Positions 9,341-18,641 of a stretch of DNA of 64,000 nucleotides are shown here, piece after piece. The translations under genes were made by a program, and so were the position numbers. Numbering within the stretch: position 1 is the stretch's first letter; every line of letters begins with the position of its first letter. The notes beneath the pieces are model-generated. The model saw only the letters and a list, made by a program, of their open reading frames with translations, ran no database searches and was not told the origin of the DNA. Source of the stretch: Candidatus Buchananbacteria bacterium CG10_big_fil_rev_8_21_14_0_10_33_19. GTDB taxonomy: Bacteria > Patescibacteriota > Patescibacteriia > 2-01-FULL-39-33. Location of the stretch: the NCBI GenBank assembly GCA_002773855.1, contig PEZY01000005.1, forward strand, positions 8,237-72,236, read 5' to 3'.

Positions 9341-10447
9341 ATGTCAAAAAAATGCCCAAAACACCCAAAATATCGAGGTATTAGACCACCGAAATCAAAT
9401 TGTAAAACTTGCTGGAAATTTTATCAGGAAATAAAAGCAATAACAGATGATAAAATTGCCCTAGATAGACTAGCTATACAATCATCAGAAAAATTAAGAG
9501 AACTTTCCAAAAAATACAAAAATATTCTTACTGAAAACGATGACTTGAAACAAATAATTCAAGCCATGCAAACTATCAAAGCTAGCACTAAACGTTTTAC
9601 TATTAGCCAAAAAAAAGGTGGCGCATCTGAAGCCACTGCTATAATTGTGGCCAGTGACTGGCATTTCGAAGAAAATGTTCGACCAGAAACAATCAACAAC
9701 CTTAATGCATTTAATATTGAAATTGGTAAAATCCGAGCCAATAATTTTTGGCGGAATTCTTTGACATTAATAAATCTATGCAAAAAAGACATTACTATTA
9801 ATAATATTTTATTGGTTCTGTTAGGCGATTTTATTACTAATATGATCCATGAGGAATTAGCTGAAACAAATCTTTTAGCACCAATTGATGCTTGTATCGA
9901 AGTGCAAAATATTCTAATTTCTGGCATAGAATTTCTATTAAGAAATACTGATTGTCGTCTAACAATTCCATGTCATAGTGGCAATCACGGTCGAACTACT
10001 GCTCGACCAAGACATAGTAACGAAGGTGGTCATTCACTGGAACATTTTATATATCACAATATGGCTATTCATTTTGCCAATAATCCGAGAGTGTCTTTTT
10101 TAATCGCTCAAGGGTATCACACTTACATTAATATTTATAACATGACCATTCGCATTCATCATGGCCATGATATTAGATACCAAGGTGGTGTTGGTGGTCT
10201 ATATATTCCTCTAAATAAAGCCATTGCTCAGTGGAATAAGGGTTGTAGAGCTGACCTAGATATTCTTGGTCATTTTCATCAGTTCCGTGATGGTGGTAAT
10301 TTTATTGTTAATGGTTCACTAATTGGTTACAATGCCTATGCTTTGAGCATAAAAGCTGAATTTGAAAAACCGCGTCAAGCTTTTTTCTTGATTGATAAAA
10401 AACGTGGCAAAACAATTGTTGCTCCAATTCTATTGGACAGCAATTAG
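9341..10447 (+). CDS. Calcineurin-like metallophosphoesterase with an N-terminal Cys/His zinc-ribbon and a coiled-coil extension
   Basis: MPP motifs are present: DWH (ASDWHFEE), GD (LLGDFI), GNH (SGNHG) and GHFH (LGHFHQF). The N-terminus is CPKHPKY...CKTCWKF. RBS AAGGAG. Its own terminator lies downstream. Confidence 0.7.
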   Translation: MSKKCPKHPKYRGIRPPKSNCKTCWKFYQEIKAITDDKIALDRLAIQSSEKLRELSKKYKNILTENDDLKQIIQAMQTIKASTKRFTISQKKGGASEATAIIVASDWHFEENVRPETINNLNAFNIEIGKIRANNFWRNSLTLINLCKKDITINNILLVLLGDFITNMIHEELAETNLLAPIDACIEVQNILISGIEFLLRNTDCRLTIPCHSGNHGRTTARPRHSNEGGHSLEHFIYHNMAIHFANNPRVSFLIAQGYHTYINIYNMTIRIHHGHDIRYQGGVGGLYIPLNKAIAQWNKGCRADLDILGHFHQFRDGGNFIVNGSLIGYNAYALSIKAEFEKPRQAFFLIDKKRGKTIVAPILLDSN

Positions 10448-10454
10448 ACATCAT

Positions 10455-10484
10455 CTGCCTAGGTAACACTTAGGCAGTTTTTTT
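10455..10484 (+). terminator. Rho-independent terminator
   Basis: ctgcctaggtaacacttaggcag followed by TTTTTTT. Confidence 0.6.
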
Positions 10485-10569
10485 ATTTAAAAAAAGACTA
10501 TTGCAATTTAGCTATAAAAATAATAAGATTTAGATAAATATGTACCTTTTAAACCGAGGGAGATAGTTC

Positions 10570-10971
10570 ATGAAAGTATTTGTTTCTGGCAAAACAGAAG
10601 ATATGCCAGCCCACAAACTAAAAAGATTTCATAAGATTAAGCTATACCTGGAAAATCATGGCCATATTGTCATCACTGAATTAGATATCGCCTTCCCAGA
10701 ACTAGGCGAGGAAGTCGAAAAAATCTTAGATAATTGTGATAAAGATTCCGAATTAATTTCTTGGTTAGTATTTTGTATGAAAAAAAATTGGGCAATGGCC
10801 AACTGTGATGCTCTTTTGCTACTCAAAGACTGGCAAGAATGTGAAACATCAGTAATTCTTTGGATTATAGCCAAAAAATTAAATATGCCAATCTATATAG
10901 ATGATAGATCAGACTTTCGCTTACATAATGAAGCTGAAATTAAAAATTGGTTTGAAAACCAAATAGACTAA
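10570..10971 (+). CDS. DUF4406-like (nucleoside 2-deoxyribosyltransferase-like fold) small protein
   Basis: It starts MKVFVSGK and has a DALLLLKDWQECETS ... PIY block, the pattern seen in DUF4406/NDT-like proteins. RBS GAGGGAG. Confidence 0.45.
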   Translation: MKVFVSGKTEDMPAHKLKRFHKIKLYLENHGHIVITELDIAFPELGEEVEKILDNCDKDSELISWLVFCMKKNWAMANCDALLLLKDWQECETSVILWIIAKKLNMPIYIDDRSDFRLHNEAEIKNWFENQID

Positions 10972-10999
10972 AACCTAGTTAACAAACTAGGTTTTTTTA
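10972..10999 (+). terminator. Rho-independent terminator
   Basis: aacctagtt-aacaa-actaggtt followed by TTTTTTT. Confidence 0.65.
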
Positions 11000-11054
11000 T
11001 TTTTAAATATAAACTGATTTTTTATGTTATAATATAAACAAATAAATAGCCTCA

Positions 11055-11825
11055 ATGATAAGAAAAATAAAAAATATTTTAATATTTTTGTCAATAATAT
11101 CTATAGCCTTAAAATTAATATTAATGGCATTAATTTTTGCCTACCCCAATGTCACATCTATTGATAATATTGAAGCCAATGCTCGTGATTTGATTAATAT
11201 GACTAATGAATACAGACATAGTCTGAATCTTGGCGAATTATCTCCCAATGCTAGATTAACCCAGGCCGCTGTCAATAAAGCTCAAGACTTACTAGCTAAC
11301 CAATACTTTGCTCACACTTCACCGGAAGGCAAAAAATTCTCTCAGTGGATAAAAGACGTTAATTATAAATATTTCTATGTTGGTGAAAATTTAGCTATAA
11401 ATTTTAATAAAAACGAAGATGTATTCCAGGCTTGGCTTAATAGCCCCACTCATAAAGAAAACATCATCAAACCACAATACCAAGAAATAGGCATTGCCGT
11501 CTTAGAAGGCAAGTACCAAAATCAACAAACCACTATAGTCGTTCAAATTTTTGGCTCTAGGGTACTAGGGGCTAGCGAACAACTAGATCTAAGCTATAAA
11601 CCGTTAGAAAAATCTACTAACAACTATCTTTACAATGAAAATTTTTTAAAAAAAATAACTTCCCTAAAAAATATAGGAAAGTTAAATGAATTTAACAATT
11701 ATTTTTTGATTGTAATAATGGGTCTCTACCTAATAACTTATACCCCGGTAAAAAAGAATAAAAACCAAATCAATGTCAAACAACCGATTATTAATCGATA
11801 CCAAGCAAAAATATTTAGAGAATGA
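11055..11825 (+). CDS. Secreted CAP/SCP/PR-1 domain protein (YkwD-like)
   Basis: N-terminal signal/TM. CAP blocks are present: NEYRHSLNLGELS, YFAHTSPEG, GENLA, AWLNSPTHKENI. The C-terminus overlaps the convergent uppP by 88 nt. Confidence 0.65.
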   Translation: MIRKIKNILIFLSIISIALKLILMALIFAYPNVTSIDNIEANARDLINMTNEYRHSLNLGELSPNARLTQAAVNKAQDLLANQYFAHTSPEGKKFSQWIKDVNYKYFYVGENLAINFNKNEDVFQAWLNSPTHKENIIKPQYQEIGIAVLEGKYQNQQTTIVVQIFGSRVLGASEQLDLSYKPLEKSTNNYLYNENFLKKITSLKNIGKLNEFNNYFLIVIMGLYLITYTPVKKNKNQINVKQPIINRYQAKIFRE

Positions 11826-12559
11826 TGAGACAAATACCTAATTAAATACTTAATAACTAAATAACCAGTAATAGCTGATGACAAAACACCTAACATTAAT
11901 ACCAAAAAATTTGCATCATTAAAATTCCTTATTTCCAACAATTGTTTAAAAGCCGCACCGAAAATAATTGGAGCTGATATTAAAAAAGAAAATTTAGCTG
12001 CCTCTTCTCTCTTTAGACTACGACCCATACCTGCTATAATGGTTATACCAGATCTAGATACTCCGGGAATCAAAGCTAAAATTTGAGCTAGGCCCACGAC
12101 TAGAGAGTCAACCGGACTAGTCATTTGTAAATCTTTCTGTTGTTTAGCATATTTTTCAATCACAAAAAATAAAAGACCAATAACAATTAATGAAATTGCT
12201 ACCACTAATGGTGACCTTAAGGTATTGGTAATAAAGTCTTCAAACAAATATCCCACTAGACCCGCTGGTACAATGCCAATTAAGACTAGCCAAGCAATAC
12301 GTTGATTATAATTATTTTTCAGGTTCCAATTAACCAGGCTAGACAAAAACCCCCGAATTATTTTTTGAATATCATGATAAAAAAATATCGCTACAGCAAT
12401 TAAAGTCCCCACATGTAACATGACGTCAAACAATAATTCATCTGGAAAATGAAAACCAAAAATATCATGAAACAATATTAAGTGGCCAGAACTAGAAATT
12501 GGCAAAAATTCTGTTAGGCCTTGAATAATCCCAGCAATGATTGATAACAAATAATCCAT
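11738..12559 (-). CDS. uppP: Undecaprenyl-diphosphatase UppP (BacA)
   Basis: MDYLLSIIAGIIQGLTEFLPISSSGHLIL and the PGVSRSG motif. Confidence 0.9.
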   Translation of the reverse strand: MDYLLSIIAGIIQGLTEFLPISSSGHLILFHDIFGFHFPDELLFDVMLHVGTLIAVAIFFYHDIQKIIRGFLSSLVNWNLKNNYNQRIAWLVLIGIVPAGLVGYLFEDFITNTLRSPLVVAISLIVIGLLFFVIEKYAKQQKDLQMTSPVDSLVVGLAQILALIPGVSRSGITIIAGMGRSLKREEAAKFSFLISAPIIFGAAFKQLLEIRNFNDANFLVLMLGVLSSAITGYLVIKYLIRYLSHHSLNIFAWYRLIIGCLTLIWFLFFFTGV

Positions 12560-12583
12560 ATTTTAATAAATCTAAAATTAATT

Positions 12584-13033
12584 ATGTTAGAACTAATATT
12601 CATTCCAATAATTGTAGCTTTAACTACGCAAATTATTAAACTTACTATTGATGGTATACCAAATAATTTGAATTGGCAACATCTAATAAACGATTATGGT
12701 GGCATGCCGTCATCACATACGGCCTATGTAGTGTCACTTGCAACTGTGGTTGGCTTAAGTCAAGGCTTTAATTCGGCCGCTTTTGCAATTAGTTTTGTCT
12801 TAATGTTAATAGTTATCCGTGACGCTATTGGTTTCAGAAGAGAAATAGGTCGTAATGCTGTTTTCACTAATATGTTAGCCAAGATAATTTATAAAGATGC
12901 TTCACCTTCTATTAAGAAAAAATTGGATTTTTTAAATGAGCGCGTTGGTCATTCTCTTCTAGAAGTAATTGTTGGATTTATTTGTGGAGCGACTCTGTCA
13001 ACAATACTGTATATTATTTTATTACAAATATAA
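12584..13033 (+). CDS. Divergent PAP2-family membrane protein (DUF212/YuiD-like)
   Basis: It carries the GGMPSSHTA motif and has several TM helices. Confidence 0.6.
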   Translation: MLELIFIPIIVALTTQIIKLTIDGIPNNLNWQHLINDYGGMPSSHTAYVVSLATVVGLSQGFNSAAFAISFVLMLIVIRDAIGFRREIGRNAVFTNMLAKIIYKDASPSIKKKLDFLNERVGHSLLEVIVGFICGATLSTILYIILLQI

Positions 13034-13052
13034 TTGTAAATAACATAAACCT

Positions 13053-13080
13053 AAAAATCCATTATTAATAATGGATTTTT
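13053..13080. terminator. Bidirectional rho-independent terminator between the PAP2-like gene (+) and mutM (-)
   Basis: aaaaatccattattaataatggattttt. Confidence 0.65.
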
Positions 13081-13094
13081 TGATTTCGAATAAA

Positions 13095-13979
13095 TTATTT
13101 CTGACAATAATCACAAAAATGAGTTCCACGACCAACCACTTTATCTTTACTAATTGGCCTTGTACATTTTTTACAAGCCTGGTCTTTACGGCCATACACC
13201 TTAAGATAGGGCACAAAACCACCACTACCACCATCTAAATTAACATAAGTACTATATGATGTCCCCTTCTTTAAAATAGATAGTTTTAATATCCTTTTAA
13301 TATGTGTTAATAATTTTTTAATTTCTAAATCAGAAATATTTTTAGCCAACCGGGTAGGCAAAACACCAGTTGCAAAGCAAGCTTCATCAGCATAAATATT
13401 ACCAATACCAGCAACTAAAGTCTGATCTAATAATATTTGTTTGATTTTTCTATTAGTATAACGATCAATAATTGACTTAAAATACTTAAAATCAAAATCA
13501 GAAGACAGAGCTTCAACACCATAGTTCTTAAAAATAACATTTAACTGATCACTGGTCACCAATCTCATCCAACCAAATTTTCTCATATCATTAAAATATA
13601 ATACACTGCCATCAGAAAAGGTAATGATAATATGAGTGTGCTTATTGGGCAAATCTTTGCCGCCATCTTTCTGGGGATGACCACCAATCACTAATTGTCC
13701 AATCTGGGGCCGAAAAATTAATTGACCAGTCATTTTTAAATGAACAGACAAAAACTCGCCACTATTGTTCTTATTATCAGAAGATAATTTAAAAACTAAC
13801 ATTTTAGCTCGCCTATCTACAGCAATTATTTTATGCCCTATCAACTGTTTCGTAAAAGACTCTACCGATAACGGACTTACCATTTTAGGCCAGCTTACTG
13901 TTACAGATTTAATTTTTTTACCAATTACGACATTGGCTAATTGCTGGCGAAGGGTTTCTACTTCGGGTAATTCTGGCAT
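13095..13979 (-). CDS. mutM: Formamidopyrimidine-DNA glycosylase
   Basis: N-terminal MPELPEVE (catalytic Pro2/Glu3) and a C-terminal zinc finger CxxC...CxxC. Confidence 0.9.
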   Translation of the reverse strand: MPELPEVETLRQQLANVVIGKKIKSVTVSWPKMVSPLSVESFTKQLIGHKIIAVDRRAKMLVFKLSSDNKNNSGEFLSVHLKMTGQLIFRPQIGQLVIGGHPQKDGGKDLPNKHTHIIITFSDGSVLYFNDMRKFGWMRLVTSDQLNVIFKNYGVEALSSDFDFKYFKSIIDRYTNRKIKQILLDQTLVAGIGNIYADEACFATGVLPTRLAKNISDLEIKKLLTHIKRILKLSILKKGTSYSTYVNLDGGSGGFVPYLKVYGRKDQACKKCTRPISKDKVVGRGTHFCDYCQK

Positions 13980-13992
13980 AAACTAATATAAA

Positions 13993-14208
13993 TTATTTCT
14001 CATGAAGTTTTTTAAAAGTTTTTGCTCTTTTTAAAATCATATCAATATCTTCATCATCAGCTAAATCTTTTAACGCTTCCTGAACTGTTACTGGCTGAAA
14101 ATCACGCTTAGACAAAATGCGAGCAATACTAATCAGAGCATCAATTAAACCTACAGTGATTCCATCTTCACTACGACAATCGATTTTATTTTTATTACTA
14201 TTTACCAT
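13993..14208 (-). CDS. Small hypothetical protein (71 aa) overlapping the last 11 nt of secA
   Basis: The ORF runs from the internal Met (MVNSNKNKIDC...) to the stop at 13993. Its composition is non-repetitive and protein-like. No homology recognised. Confidence 0.25.
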   Translation of the reverse strand: MVNSNKNKIDCRSEDGITVGLIDALISIARILSKRDFQPVTVQEALKDLADDEDIDMILKRAKTFKKLHEK

Positions 14209-16951
14209 GACACTTCTTAAACTTTTGACCACTACCACAGGGACATGGATCATTTCTACCAATCTTATCACCAGCAAAATGTGACTCATCTTTTACTATC
14301 TTATCAACTTTTCTTTCTTGTATACCACTATCAGCCTCCATCGGAGATTTCATATTTGATTCTTTACTTGGCGCACTAAACTGTAAATTAGTTTTTGGCA
14401 CTTCTGTATTAGTCATTTGACTAGGCGCTATCATACCTATCTTAAATATACTATAAGCCACCTGTCTATCTATTTCAGACAATAACAATCTAAACAATCT
14501 AATAGACTCCCTTTTATACTCGATCAAAGGATCTCTCTGACCATAGCCACGTAAGCCGATACCTGTTCGTAAACTACTCATAGTATCTAAATGATCAATC
14601 CAAATAGTATCTATGGTTCTAAGTAAAATGCTTTTTTCGATCTGCCTCATGGGTTTTAATTTAGAATCACCACTAGGCATTAAATTGATATTTTTCTCTA
14701 ACTCATCATATCTAGCAACAGCCAACTTTCTTAAATAACCAATAATTTTAGCACGACTCATATTGTCCTCTTGATTATCACCAGCTTCAGCTTTTAATTC
14801 TTCCAATTTCTTTCTAAGTTCCATAGAAATTGGAAACATAGCATTAATAGATCCATAAATTTCATCTAAATTCCATTCACTTTCCAAATCAGAATTGGTA
14901 TGAAATTTTACCACATTATCAATTTCATGATAAATAGCCTCAACAACAACTTGTTTAAGATCAAAGTTATCATGATTTAAATCATTATTTCCATCCTCTG
15001 CTAATATTTGATTTCTCTTTTTATAAATAGTTTCTCGATGTTTATTCATCACATCATCATATTCCACCAAATGTTTTCTGATGTCAAAATTATTGCCTTC
15101 AACTCGCTTTTGAGCTTGTTCGATTGACCGAGAAATAATTTTATTTTCAATTGGCACATCATCAGGCAAGCCTAAGGTAGTCATAATCGACTTCATCTTA
15201 GACGAACCAAAAACTCGCATCAAATCATCATCCATTGATAACAAAAATTGAGACATACCAGGATCACCTTGTCGACCAGCTCGACCGCGTAACTGATTAT
15301 CAATTCGACGAGATTCATGACGCTCAGTACCCAAAACACACAAACCACCAGCGGCTACCACCTTGTCATATTCTGATTGATCAAATGGATAACCACCTAA
15401 TATGATATCAACACCACGTCCAGCCATATTTGTCGCCACCGTTACTGCGTTAAATTTTCCAGCTTGAGCAATAATATGAGCTTCTTTTTCATGGTGTTTA
15501 GCATTTAAAACTTGAGCATCAATCCCTTCCCTAGTCAGTAAATCAGCAATTATTTCATTTTTTTCAATAGAAATTGTACCGATTAAAACTGGCTGTCCGG
15601 TCTGATGACGTTCTTTTACTTCCGCCACTAAAGCCTGATATTTGCCATGTTCATTTTTATATATTTTATCATTTAAATCTCGTCTAATAGTCGGCTTATT
15701 CGTTGGCACTGTAACCACCTCTAATTTATAAATCTTAGAAAACTCCTCTGCCTCAGTAGCCGCTGTTCCAGTCATACCAGATAATTTTTCATACATTCTA
15801 AAATAATTTTGAAAAGAAATAGTCGCTAAAGTCACACTTTCTCTTTGAACAGAAACATTTTCTTTGGCCTCAATCGCTTGATGTAAGCCTTCGCCGTATC
15901 TTCTGCCAAACATCATGCGGCCAGTAAATTCATCGATAATAATAATTTCACCATCTTTGACCACATAGTCTTTGTCTTTTTTAAATAAAGCCTGCGCCTT
16001 TAGAGCTTGTTCAATATGATGAACATCACGAATACCTCTGTCAGTATAAATATTGTCTACACCCAATATTTTTTCTATTTTTTCTATACCCTCATCGGTC
16101 AAAGTCGCCGCTTTCATTTTTTCGTCAATATTATAATCAGGACCTTCTGATAAATTATTAACTATTTTAGAAAATTGATAATACTTATCAGTTGATTCCA
16201 TATCTGGAGCTGAAATAATAAGTGGGGTTCTAGCTTCATCAATTAAAATAGAATCAACTTCATCAACAATAGCGTAGTAAAGGCCACGTTGAGTTTTTTC
16301 CTCAAGTGTTGGCACCATATTATCACGCAAATAATCAAAGCCAAATTCATTATTTGTGCCATACAAAACATCGCAAGCGTAAGCTTCTTTTCTAGTACAG
16401 GGTTCTAAATACTGAACATCTAAAACCTCATCGCCTTCGTTAGATTTTTTATCTTGATTAAATTTGTAAGAAATGTTTTGTTGTTGAATACAACTAGTTG
16501 TCATGCCCAAAAAATTATAAACTCGACCCATCCAATCAGCATGAATTCGAGATAAATAATCATTAACCGTAATCAAATGAGCTCCTTGGCCAGCCAAAGC
16601 ATTTAAATACATCGGAGCGGTAGCCGCCAGTGTTTTACCTTCACCGGTTTTCATTTCCGAAATTTGACCACGATGCAAAGCAATGCCAGAAATCAACTGA
16701 ACATCATAATGCCTTTGACCAATTACACGATATGCCGCCTCTCGCACAGTGGCAAAGGCTTCTGGTAAAATATCGTCTAAGGTTTTGCCATTTTGCAGTT
16801 CGGCTTTTAACTTGATGGTTTGATTTTTAAGCTCTTCATCAGTTAATGACTTGATTTTAACCTCAAAATCATTAATCTGGTCAACAACGACCTTAATCTC
16901 CTTTAATACTTTTTCATTAGAATCAGGAAACATCCTTGATAATATAGACAT
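14198..16951 (-). CDS. secA: Preprotein translocase ATPase SecA
   Basis: 917 aa with the DEAD motor domains and a C-terminal zinc-binding tail CPCGSGQKFKKCHG. Confidence 0.97.
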   Translation of the reverse strand: MSILSRMFPDSNEKVLKEIKVVVDQINDFEVKIKSLTDEELKNQTIKLKAELQNGKTLDDILPEAFATVREAAYRVIGQRHYDVQLISGIALHRGQISEMKTGEGKTLAATAPMYLNALAGQGAHLITVNDYLSRIHADWMGRVYNFLGMTTSCIQQQNISYKFNQDKKSNEGDEVLDVQYLEPCTRKEAYACDVLYGTNNEFGFDYLRDNMVPTLEEKTQRGLYYAIVDEVDSILIDEARTPLIISAPDMESTDKYYQFSKIVNNLSEGPDYNIDEKMKAATLTDEGIEKIEKILGVDNIYTDRGIRDVHHIEQALKAQALFKKDKDYVVKDGEIIIIDEFTGRMMFGRRYGEGLHQAIEAKENVSVQRESVTLATISFQNYFRMYEKLSGMTGTAATEAEEFSKIYKLEVVTVPTNKPTIRRDLNDKIYKNEHGKYQALVAEVKERHQTGQPVLIGTISIEKNEIIADLLTREGIDAQVLNAKHHEKEAHIIAQAGKFNAVTVATNMAGRGVDIILGGYPFDQSEYDKVVAAGGLCVLGTERHESRRIDNQLRGRAGRQGDPGMSQFLLSMDDDLMRVFGSSKMKSIMTTLGLPDDVPIENKIISRSIEQAQKRVEGNNFDIRKHLVEYDDVMNKHRETIYKKRNQILAEDGNNDLNHDNFDLKQVVVEAIYHEIDNVVKFHTNSDLESEWNLDEIYGSINAMFPISMELRKKLEELKAEAGDNQEDNMSRAKIIGYLRKLAVARYDELEKNINLMPSGDSKLKPMRQIEKSILLRTIDTIWIDHLDTMSSLRTGIGLRGYGQRDPLIEYKRESIRLFRLLLSEIDRQVAYSIFKIGMIAPSQMTNTEVPKTNLQFSAPSKESNMKSPMEADSGIQERKVDKIVKDESHFAGDKIGRNDPCPCGSGQKFKKCHGK

Positions 16952-17015
16952 AAATGTAATTAAATATATAATTTGCCCAGTTATTCTACCAGAAAATCAG
17001 ATTATTTGCAATCTA

Positions 17016-17042
17016 AAAAGCTCCAATAATGGGAGCTTTTTT
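17016..17042. terminator. Rho-independent terminator downstream of hpf
   Basis: aaaaagctcc-aataat-gggagctttttt. Confidence 0.6.
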
Positions 17043-17045
17043 GAA

Positions 17046-17345
17046 CTATTTATGAGTTTCTTTATATTTTTTAAGTAGTATTTTGAGTTTTTCGTTTACT
17101 TGATTCATAGATTTTATTATATCATCAGTCTCGGCACTAGCCCTTAAAATTGTTTTAGGTACCGATAAGTTAACAATCGTCTTATAAATATTACCCTTAT
17201 TATGATGCATGGAACTAAGCCCAATTTCCACATCAGCACTAATAATATTTTCAAAATATTTAGATAAACTGCTTATCTTGTCATTGATAATTTCATGCGA
17301 TTCTGGGGTGAGCTTGGCGTTAGTCGCCTTGATATTAATTTGCAT
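17046..17345 (-). CDS. hpf: Ribosome hibernation promoting factor (short HPF/RaiA)
   Basis: MQINIKATNAKLTPESHEIINDKISSLSKYF matches the HPF N-terminal fold. It sits immediately upstream of secA, as in many Firmicutes. Confidence 0.8.
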   Translation of the reverse strand: MQINIKATNAKLTPESHEIINDKISSLSKYFENIISADVEIGLSSMHHNKGNIYKTIVNLSVPKTILRASAETDDIIKSMNQVNEKLKILLKKYKETHK

Positions 17346-17374
17346 GGCGTTTATTTTATTAGTTAATTATAAGG

Positions 17375-18340
17375 TTAAAACCCTCGATATTGTATCTCTT
17401 CCATTAACTGTAAATTAAATTTTAATCTAACTTTTTGTTTAATAATACTAATTAGCATAATAATATCTTCAGCTGTGGCATCACCAGTATTGATAATTCG
17501 TCCAGAATGCTTCTCAGAAATCATCGCGCCACCTATTTTTTTACCTTTTAGACCACACCTTTCTATCAGCCAAGCGGCTGGAATCGTCGAGTAAGTCGTA
17601 AAGCTTTCTGGCATATCCGGATATTTAACAGCAAATTCTTTAATTTCTTCTTTAGACAATTTAATATTTTTAAAGACACTGCCAGCACTGGGCTGTTTGT
17701 CGTCTTTTTGGTTACGTTGAGCTATTATTTCATCCATTTTAGTTTTAATCGCCTTTTTATCACCTCGCTTTAAAGCAAATGTGACGGACAAAATTATGTC
17801 GTGATTATCATCTTGCTTAAAAACGCTAGAGCGATAAGAAAATTCACATTTTTTGTTACTGAGCTTTTTAACTTTGTTGTCTCTAATAATTTCTACCTCC
17901 TCCACACTACCGGCCATATCACCACCATAAGCTCCGGCATTATTACACAAAGCTCCACCTACTGTTCCTGGTATACCCATAGCCCATTCCAAACCAGACA
18001 AACTAGAACCCAAAGCCTCACCAACAGCTTTACTCAACAGTGAACCAGCACTACATTCTAATTTTTCATCTTTATTTTTTATTTTACTATCATTAATTTT
18101 TATAACCAGGCCATCAAACCCAGCATCGGAAAATAATATATTAGTGCCACTACCCAAAATCAGATAAGGTAATTTGAGTTTAGTAGACATCGCTACTAAT
18201 TTAGCAATATCATCGTTAGAATTAGCAATACAAAAATACTTGGCTGGGCCACCAATTTTAAATGAAGTATAAGACGCTAACATCTCCCCTTCTTTGATAG
18301 GACTTAAAACAACGGATCTTAATTTAATTAAAGTATCCAT
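17375..18340 (-). CDS. murB: UDP-N-acetylenolpyruvoylglucosamine reductase MurB
   Basis: FAD-binding PCMH domain with the blocks FKIGGPAKYF and ILGSGTNILFSD. Confidence 0.9.
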   Translation of the reverse strand: MDTLIKLRSVVLSPIKEGEMLASYTSFKIGGPAKYFCIANSNDDIAKLVAMSTKLKLPYLILGSGTNILFSDAGFDGLVIKINDSKIKNKDEKLECSAGSLLSKAVGEALGSSLSGLEWAMGIPGTVGGALCNNAGAYGGDMAGSVEEVEIIRDNKVKKLSNKKCEFSYRSSVFKQDDNHDIILSVTFALKRGDKKAIKTKMDEIIAQRNQKDDKQPSAGSVFKNIKLSKEEIKEFAVKYPDMPESFTTYSTIPAAWLIERCGLKGKKIGGAMISEKHSGRIINTGDATAEDIIMLISIIKQKVRLKFNLQLMEEIQYRGF

Positions 18341-18356
18341 TAATTAATTTTAATAA

Positions 18357-18608
18357 TTATTTACTGTGTTTCAAGAAAATTTTCTTCTTTTTACCGGTTC
18401 CTTTGTAGAACTCATTTTCTTCCATAACCTGCTTTTGCTTAGAAAAACCAGAGCCCATGGCCTTTGATTTTTTTTCTATTAAACCATCACTTAGGCCACC
18501 ATATTGTTTTTCTAAATCCTCTTCCCAATCAAGTTGTTCTTCAATTTCTTCATCAGAATCTAGAATACTGTCCTGATCCAAACTGTCATCTATGGCAGTT
18601 TGCTGCAT
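18357..18608 (-). CDS. Small acidic hypothetical protein (83 aa)
   Basis: ORF lying between murC and murB. It has a very acidic N-terminal half. Confidence 0.3.
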   Translation of the reverse strand: MQQTAIDDSLDQDSILDSDEEIEEQLDWEEDLEKQYGGLSDGLIEKKSKAMGSGFSKQKQVMEENEFYKGTGKKKKIFLKHSK

Positions 18609-18641
18609 ACGATTTTCTATTAATTTATTAAATATATTAGC

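Noticed and set aside
9341-11825. Prophage or integrative element
   Set aside because: The window contains no integrase, capsid, terminase or tRNA attachment site. It holds only three cargo-like genes with host-like GC, so it is at most a small accessory insertion.
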